Assembly (NCBI GenBank): GCA_040771865.1
Contig: JAXGZF010000004.1
Coordinates: forward strand, 124,001 to 188,000
Length of the DNA stretch: 64,000 bases
Origin: Desulfobacterales bacterium
Lineage (GTDB): Bacteria; Desulfobacterota; Desulfobacteria; Desulfobacterales; UBA2245
Reading direction: 5' to 3'
Shown here: positions 58,249 to 64,000 of the stretch, piece by piece
Position numbering within the stretch: position 1 is the first letter of the stretch
Layout of the letters: every line of letters starts with the position of its first letter
The notes under the pieces: model-generated
Databases searched by the model: none
Told to the model about the DNA's origin: nothing
What the model saw: the letters and a program-made list of their open reading frames with translations, nothing else
Program-made: the position numbers and the translations under genes

Positions 58249-58602
58249 ATCGCACTCGTAAAATTCAATTTTATGCCTTAAAGCAATAACAACCTAATGC
58301 ATCATAAGCAAGCCTCATTCGCAAGATTTTAATTTTTCTCAGCTGAGCGGACGATCGAGCGCCGATTTGATAGAGCGGGAACGCCTGATGCGCTGACGGA
58401 TCAACAAAGACGCGGCGCTTCTAATCGAAGCATACCCAAGACGTTTTCCGTAACGGGTGACGAAATTCAAGATTTTTGATATACATGCCGATAAAAATTT
58501 AATTGGATATGCCGGTCAGGCTCCGAAGGCTGTCAGAGCCTCCGCCTTTGCTTCCATCAATTTCAGGGATGCGTCAAAAAAACAGTGAGAGGAGATATCG
58601 GA

Positions 58603-60666
58603 ATGAGAACCAGCAGGAATTCGGGTTGGCCCGGCCGTTTCTTTCTGGGGCTGTCGATCATATTGCTGAGTTTTTCCTGTTTCGGAACCTCATCCGCAGG
58701 ATCCGACGGTCGAACCGTAACCGTCGGCGTCTATGAAAATGCGCCGAAAATCTTTACCACCCAATCCGGTCAGCCCGCAGGCATATTTATAGATGTCATC
58801 GAACACATCGCCAGAATCGAAGGATGGCGTCTGGTCTATGTGTCCGGTACCTGGGTGGAAGGACTGGACCGGCTGGAAAAAGGAAAGATCGACCTCATGC
58901 CCGACGTGGCGTTTACCGTGGATCGCGCCAGGATTTATGCCTTCCACAAAATCCCGGTTCTTTCCTCCTGGTTTCAGGTTTACGCGCCTAAGGGAAACGG
59001 GATTCAATCCATACTGGATCTGAATGGAAAGCGAATCCTCGTTCTCGAACGCTCGGTTCAACAGGAAGCGTTTGTGCGGCTCAGCAAAGGTTTCGAATTA
59101 GAGTGCACCCTTATTTCCGTGCAAGATTACAAAACCATGTTCGAGATGGTCGCCAAAGGCCAGGCCGACGCCGCCATCACCAACCGTTTTTACGGGTTGA
59201 TGCATGCAAAGCAATTCGGGCTGGAAGACACCTCGGTCGTATTCGAACCCTCCGATCTCTTTTTCGCAGCGCCCAAGAGGACTTCCGGAGAATTGCTGGC
59301 CATTCTGGACAGGCATCTTTCGGACCTGAAAAAAGACCACCGGTCGGCGTACTATGAATCCCTGAAACGCTGGACATCCGAAGAGGTCCGGTTCAAATTG
59401 CCGGCGTGGCTGAAAACCGTTGGCATGTTATTGGGTCTTTTTCTGCTGGCAAGCCTTGCGGGAAGCCTGGTTCTGAAACAGCAGGTCAATGCGCGCACCC
59501 GGGAACTGAAACAGACCAATCAGGAGATGGAACAGCGCATTGAAGAACGCACGGCGGAACTCGCCGCCATGAACGATGAACAGCGCACCATCTTCGATTC
59601 GGCCAGCACCGGAATCGCGCTTTTGAGGAACCGCGTCATCGTGCGCTGCAACCGCAGGCTGGAGGAAATGGCCGGTTATTTACCCGGTGAGCTTGTCGGA
59701 GAATCAACGCGCATCTGGTATCCGGATGAAAAAGCATACGAGACAGGCGGGGAAACGATTTACGCGCAGATGGCCAAAGGAGAGACATACCGTGATGAGC
59801 GGCAAATATTGCGCAAGGACGGCACACCGTTCTGGGTTCGAATGAATCTTCGCGCTATTGAAAACAATGATCCGCTAAAGGGAGCGGTCGGTATTTTCGA
59901 AGATATCACGGAAGAGCGGGAGGCGGCTGAAAAGCTGCGCCAGGCCATGGAGGCGGCTCAGGCGGCCGACCGGATCAAGTCCGCCTTTCTGGCCACCATG
60001 TCGCATGAACTGCGCACGCCGCTCAACTCCATCATCGGCTTTACCGGCATCATGCTTCAGGGTCTTGCCGGTCCACTGAACGAGGAGCAGCACAAGCAGA
60101 TGAACATGGTTCAAAAAAGCGCCCGTCATCTTCTGGCGCTGATCAACGACGTGCTGGATATTTCCAAGATCGAGGCCGGCCAGCTCAAACTTTCCTCGTC
60201 TTCCTTTGATCTCAGGCAGTCCATCGAAAAAATGGTTCAGCTGGTTTCTCCGCTGGCTGAAAAAAAAGGTCTTGAAATCCGGATGGATATCGCGGAATAT
60301 ATCAGATTGATTATGGCGGACCAGCGCCGAGTCGAGCAGGTGGTTCTGAATCTGCTCAGCAATGCCGTCAAATTCACCGAAAAAGGACACGTTCAAGTGT
60401 CATGCCGCATCGAAAACGATCAATATGTTCTATCGGTGTCCGATACCGGCATCGGCATGCGGCCGGAAGAGATTCCGAACATCTTTCAGCCCTTCCACCA
60501 GATTGATACGGGGCTGGCCCGCAAGCGTGAGGGCACGGGTCTCGGGCTTTCCATATGCGGGAAAATTCTTGAGATGATGGGCGGCTCCATCAGCGTTGAA
60601 AGCCGGTGGGGGGAGGGCAGCATCTTTACCGCCCGCTTTTCCGGACAACAGGGAAATTTATCATGA
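58603..60666 (+). CDS. Sensor histidine kinase with a periplasmic substrate-binding (family 3-like) domain and PAS
   Basis: Signal/TM helix, G...GIFIDV...IDL periplasmic domain, TM helix, PAS, FLATMSHELRTPL, NAVKFT, DTGIG and GTGLGL. Confidence 0.92.
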   Translation: MRTSRNSGWPGRFFLGLSIILLSFSCFGTSSAGSDGRTVTVGVYENAPKIFTTQSGQPAGIFIDVIEHIARIEGWRLVYVSGTWVEGLDRLEKGKIDLMPDVAFTVDRARIYAFHKIPVLSSWFQVYAPKGNGIQSILDLNGKRILVLERSVQQEAFVRLSKGFELECTLISVQDYKTMFEMVAKGQADAAITNRFYGLMHAKQFGLEDTSVVFEPSDLFFAAPKRTSGELLAILDRHLSDLKKDHRSAYYESLKRWTSEEVRFKLPAWLKTVGMLLGLFLLASLAGSLVLKQQVNARTRELKQTNQEMEQRIEERTAELAAMNDEQRTIFDSASTGIALLRNRVIVRCNRRLEEMAGYLPGELVGESTRIWYPDEKAYETGGETIYAQMAKGETYRDERQILRKDGTPFWVRMNLRAIENNDPLKGAVGIFEDITEEREAAEKLRQAMEAAQAADRIKSAFLATMSHELRTPLNSIIGFTGIMLQGLAGPLNEEQHKQMNMVQKSARHLLALINDVLDISKIEAGQLKLSSSSFDLRQSIEKMVQLVSPLAEKKGLEIRMDIAEYIRLIMADQRRVEQVVLNLLSNAVKFTEKGHVQVSCRIENDQYVLSVSDTGIGMRPEEIPNIFQPFHQIDTGLARKREGTGLGLSICGKILEMMGGSISVESRWGEGSIFTARFSGQQGNLS

Positions 60667-61049
60667 GCAAAACGCTGCTGATCATCGAAGACAATGAGCA
60701 GAATTATTACATGATGCGCTTTCTGCTGGAAAAGAACGGTTTTACGGTTATCGGCGCGGAAAACGGAAAGCTTGGAATCGAAATGGCCCTGAGCAGGAAG
60801 CCTCTGGCCATTCTGCTGGATATTCAGTTGCCGGAAATGGACGGGTACGCGGTTGCGGCGGAACTGAAAAAACACGACGAGATGAAGGATATTCCCATTA
60901 TTGCCGTGACTTCCTACGCCATGGTGGGGGATCGGGAACAAATACTGGCCGCAGGCGCAACCGGCTATATCGAAAAGCCCATTGATCCGGATGCCTTTGT
61001 GTCCGACATTATCCAATATCTGCCGAAAGACTGGAATGATGAACCATAA
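60663..61049 (+). CDS. Single-domain response regulator (DivK/CheY-like)
   Basis: IEDN, LDIQLPEMDG, AVTS and EKPI motifs; overlaps the kinase stop. Confidence 0.92.
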   Translation: MSKTLLIIEDNEQNYYMMRFLLEKNGFTVIGAENGKLGIEMALSRKPLAILLDIQLPEMDGYAVAAELKKHDEMKDIPIIAVTSYAMVGDREQILAAGATGYIEKPIDPDAFVSDIIQYLPKDWNDEP

Positions 61050-63102
61050 AATGAACGTTCTTATCGTGGACGATCAGGAGGAAAACCTCTATCTGCTGGA
61101 GGCGCTGTTCAGGGGAAACGGACATGATGTTCATCTGGCTTCAAACGGGGCCGAGGCGCATAAATTTCTGAAATCCGGCGGGGCCGATCTGATTGTCAGC
61201 GATATTCTCATGCCCGTCATGGACGGTTTTGAACTGTGCCGGAAGGTCAGGACGGACGAAGCGCTGCGGCATATTCCGTTCATCATTTACACCGCCACAT
61301 ATACCGGGCCTCAGGATGAGGAGTTCGCCATCAAGATCGGTGCGGACCGGTTCATTCAAAAACCCTGCGAACCGGATGCATTCATGCAAGCGGTTCAGGA
61401 GGTCGTGGAGCATGCAAGGCGCTCCGATGTGGACGTATCCGCCGCACCGCATGAAGGGGAAGTTCTTAAGCTTTATAACCAGCGGCTCGTCAGAAAACTC
61501 GAACTGAAGATGCAGGAGCTGGAAAAAGAGACTCTGGCGTTGCGGGAAACCGAAAAGGCTCTGCGCATTTCGGAGGGAAAATATCGAAGGCTGCATGAAA
61601 GTATGACGGATGGTTTTGTTTATGTGGATATGGATGGATTCATCCTCGAAAGCAATAAATCATTCCAAAACATGATTGGATACAGCGGCGAAGAGCTTTC
61701 CCGTCTGACATACATGGATCTGACCCCGGAGAAATGGCATGCCCATGAAGAGGGCATTGTTGCGAATCAGATCCTGGCAAAAGGTTATTCCGCGGTCCAT
61801 GAAAAGGAATACCGGAAAAAAGATGGAACCGTATTTACTGCCGAACTCAGGACGTTTCTGATTTGCGATGACTCCGGCAGGAAAGAAGGGATGTGGGCCA
61901 TTGTTCGGGACATCACCGAACGCAAACAATCGGAAAAGGCTCAAAAAGAGCTCGAGGACAAGCTTCACCAGGCTCAGAAAATGGAATCCGTTGGCAGGCT
62001 GGCCGGCGGGGTGGCCCATGATTTCAACAATCTGCTCGCCGTTATTCTGGGGTATGGAGAAATTCTTTTGGGGACCCTGGACAGGAACCATCCCCACTAT
62101 AAACCGCTGGATCAGATCTGCCGGGCGGGTGCTCGGGCCAGGGACCTCACCCGGCAGCTGCTGGCATTCAGCCGTAAACAGATCCTTGAAATGAAGGTTG
62201 TGAATATCAACCACGTGGTAACCAGCTTTGAAAAGATGCTGCACCGCATGATCGGAGAAGACATTCATCTGGTGCTGTCGCTTTCTTCAAATCCCCTTGC
62301 GGTCAGAGCCGACGCCTCCCAGCTGGATCAGCTGCTGATGAACCTGGCGGTCAACGCGCGCGACGCCATGCCCGAGGGAGGGACGTTGACGATCGAGACC
62401 GCTTCCGTTGAGCTGGACCGGACCTATACTGAAAAAAAGCCGGGCGTTTTGCCTGGCCGTTACGCCATGATATGCGTCAGCGATACCGGATGCGGCATGG
62501 ATAAAAAAACGCTGGACCGCATTTTCGAGCCGTTTTTTACCACCAAGGACCAGGAGAAGGGTACCGGTCTGGGGCTGGCGACCTCCTATGGCATCGTCAA
62601 ACAGCACGGAGGAAATATCTGGGTGTACAGCGAGCCGGGAGAAGGAACGGTATTCAAGATATATCTGCCGCTTTGCGCCGAAGAGGATGTGGCTGAAATT
62701 CCGCCGGAAACGCATCAGCCGGCGGTCAGAGGTTCGGCTACGGTGCTGGTTGTGGAGGATGAGCCGTCCGTTCGAAATCTTGTTGGCGAGATACTGACGG
62801 ATCATGGATACAAGACGATCGAATCAGGAGGCGCGTCGGAAGCCGTAGCCAAGGCCGCAGCTCAAAGCGATCCGATCCATCTGGTAATTACCGACGTGGT
62901 CATGCCGGAAATGAAGGGGCCCGAGGCATTCGAAAAGATCCGCGAACACCATCCCGAGGCCAAAGTGCTTTATATGTCCGGTTACACGGACAACGTTGTT
63001 ACCTGCCAGGGCGTATTGAAAGAAAATATCGAGTTTATTCAGAAACCGTTTACGGTCAGGGGGCTGCTTGAAAAGTGCCACCAGGTGCTTCAGGGCAGGT
63101 GA
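61036..63102 (+). CDS. Hybrid sensor kinase (REC-PAS-HisKA-HATPase-REC)
   Basis: VDDQ...SDILMP, PAS, AGGVAHDFNNLL, NARDAM, PFFTTK...GTGLGL and a C-terminal REC. Confidence 0.93.
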   Translation: MMNHKMNVLIVDDQEENLYLLEALFRGNGHDVHLASNGAEAHKFLKSGGADLIVSDILMPVMDGFELCRKVRTDEALRHIPFIIYTATYTGPQDEEFAIKIGADRFIQKPCEPDAFMQAVQEVVEHARRSDVDVSAAPHEGEVLKLYNQRLVRKLELKMQELEKETLALRETEKALRISEGKYRRLHESMTDGFVYVDMDGFILESNKSFQNMIGYSGEELSRLTYMDLTPEKWHAHEEGIVANQILAKGYSAVHEKEYRKKDGTVFTAELRTFLICDDSGRKEGMWAIVRDITERKQSEKAQKELEDKLHQAQKMESVGRLAGGVAHDFNNLLAVILGYGEILLGTLDRNHPHYKPLDQICRAGARARDLTRQLLAFSRKQILEMKVVNINHVVTSFEKMLHRMIGEDIHLVLSLSSNPLAVRADASQLDQLLMNLAVNARDAMPEGGTLTIETASVELDRTYTEKKPGVLPGRYAMICVSDTGCGMDKKTLDRIFEPFFTTKDQEKGTGLGLATSYGIVKQHGGNIWVYSEPGEGTVFKIYLPLCAEEDVAEIPPETHQPAVRGSATVLVVEDEPSVRNLVGEILTDHGYKTIESGGASEAVAKAAAQSDPIHLVITDVVMPEMKGPEAFEKIREHHPEAKVLYMSGYTDNVVTCQGVLKENIEFIQKPFTVRGLLEKCHQVLQGR

Positions 63103-63120
63103 AGAATGAATTCCGGCGGC

Positions 63121-63999
63121 TTACGACGCCGCCTTGACCGCCTGGGCGTCTGAAGCCTCTCCTGCCGCTGATGCCCGACGCTGACTGTTGGGCCGGAAGG
63201 TGTCACGGAAAGCGGTCAGCAGGTTGACGGCCTGATCGCATATCTTCTGTGAATTTCCGGAAAGCGCGTAGAAAAGGATGCTCAGACGGGTTTTGGACTG
63301 CTCGGTTTGAATGCGCTTAATCTGGTTCCGGTCGAATTTTTCGATCATTGCTTTCAGGGATTCGTTCTGGGCCAGAATGTCTTCAATCGCTTCATGATCT
63401 AGAGTGTTGCGTTTGACAAGCAGCACCTGAGAGGCGTTTTCCAGCAGTTTGTCAACGCACGCCTGGATCTGTTTCAGCTCTTCGATCTGAACCTCCAGAA
63501 GTCCTCTGTGCTGATTGGAATGGTGCAGGTAGGAGCGGAGAATGACGTCGCGAAGGCTTTCCGTAATTTCCTGAAGCGCGCCGATGGTCTGGGAATACTT
63601 GTGTGCGTGGTCCATGTCTTTTTTGTGGAGCAGGCGAAGGGTCTTGAATATGTTGGCCACAATGATGTTGGACCAGTCCTGAATCTTTTTGGTTTCCTTG
63701 CGGCAGGCTTTGAGCTGTTTGAGATTTTCGGAAAAAAGAGCATCACAGCAGGCGTTGAACTTTTCCCTGGCCACTTTCAGAAAATATCCGCTGTGCTCGA
63801 AAGAGGTATTGATAGCGAGGTTTGCATCGGTGACCTTTTTCAGGTTAAACACTTCGATCTGCCGGGCGTCGGTTTCCCGCTGACCGTGAAGTTGCAGGTT
63901 CCGCCATATGATATAAGCCACAAGGCCCAGCAGGGCGATCACGGCGTATGCCTCGAGGTAAGAGATGGCAAAGGCGAAGATCAGCGATACGGTAAACGC
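63121..63999 (-). CDS. Membrane protein C-terminus with PhoU-like helical bundles; probable inorganic phosphate transporter (partial)
   Basis: Frame open to the window edge with TM helices (AFTVSLIFAFAISYL, VIALLGLVAYIIW), then a helical domain ending KTRLSILFY. Confidence 0.6.
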   Translation of the reverse strand, partial: AFTVSLIFAFAISYLEAYAVIALLGLVAYIIWRNLQLHGQRETDARQIEVFNLKKVTDANLAINTSFEHSGYFLKVAREKFNACCDALFSENLKQLKACRKETKKIQDWSNIIVANIFKTLRLLHKKDMDHAHKYSQTIGALQEITESLRDVILRSYLHHSNQHRGLLEVQIEELKQIQACVDKLLENASQVLLVKRNTLDHEAIEDILAQNESLKAMIEKFDRNQIKRIQTEQSKTRLSILFYALSGNSQKICDQAVNLLTAFRDTFRPNSQRRASAAGEASDAQAVKAAS

Positions 64000-64000
64000 C

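Noticed and set aside
1..64000. CRISPR arrays, rRNA, integrase/prophage genes and tRNA 3'-end duplications (att sites)
   Set aside because: By eye I found no regularly spaced repeats, rRNA-like tracts, recombinase ORFs or repeated tRNA ends. A short att duplication could have been missed.

Overview
A gene-dense, mostly minus-strand bacterial chromosomal segment. The gene content suggests an anaerobic deltaproteobacterium (Desulfobacterota-like); this is inference. Core genes: ispB, rimO, etfBA, apbE, ftsE-ftsX-envC-ctpA, pyrE, queD, dnaJ, nadB, rlpA, lon, hsp20, a UvrD-type helicase and three tRNAs (Val-GAC, Ser-TGA, Ser-GCT). Accessory blocks are interspersed: (i) a CstB-like persulfide dioxygenase-rhodanese, two YeeE/YedE genes and an RND-MFP-TolC pump (0.8-9 kb); (ii) a DUF362-rtcA-lipoprotein-USP operon; (iii) DUF2914 next to a CdaA-YbbR fusion; (iv) several two-component systems. 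The most unusual stretch is about 46.8-54.1 kb. Two decayed ISAs1-like 3' ends bracket an orphan hisF and a two-gene module: a membrane protein with two fused DUF1538 domains and a single-chain protein of three PII-like repeats, a candidate undescribed PII-regulated transporter. Next to it, two inverted copies of a 149-bp MITE-like element enclose a tandem bacterioferritin-like protein (one intact diiron half, one degenerate half that keeps the heme-ligand Met) and a TIM-barrel gene. Also noted: a structured RNA candidate in the pyrE leader, a frameshifted 2-oxoacid oxidoreductase remnant and an orphan double zinc-finger ORF. No CRISPR array, rRNA or integrase was seen. All family calls come from motif recognition by eye, not from database searches.
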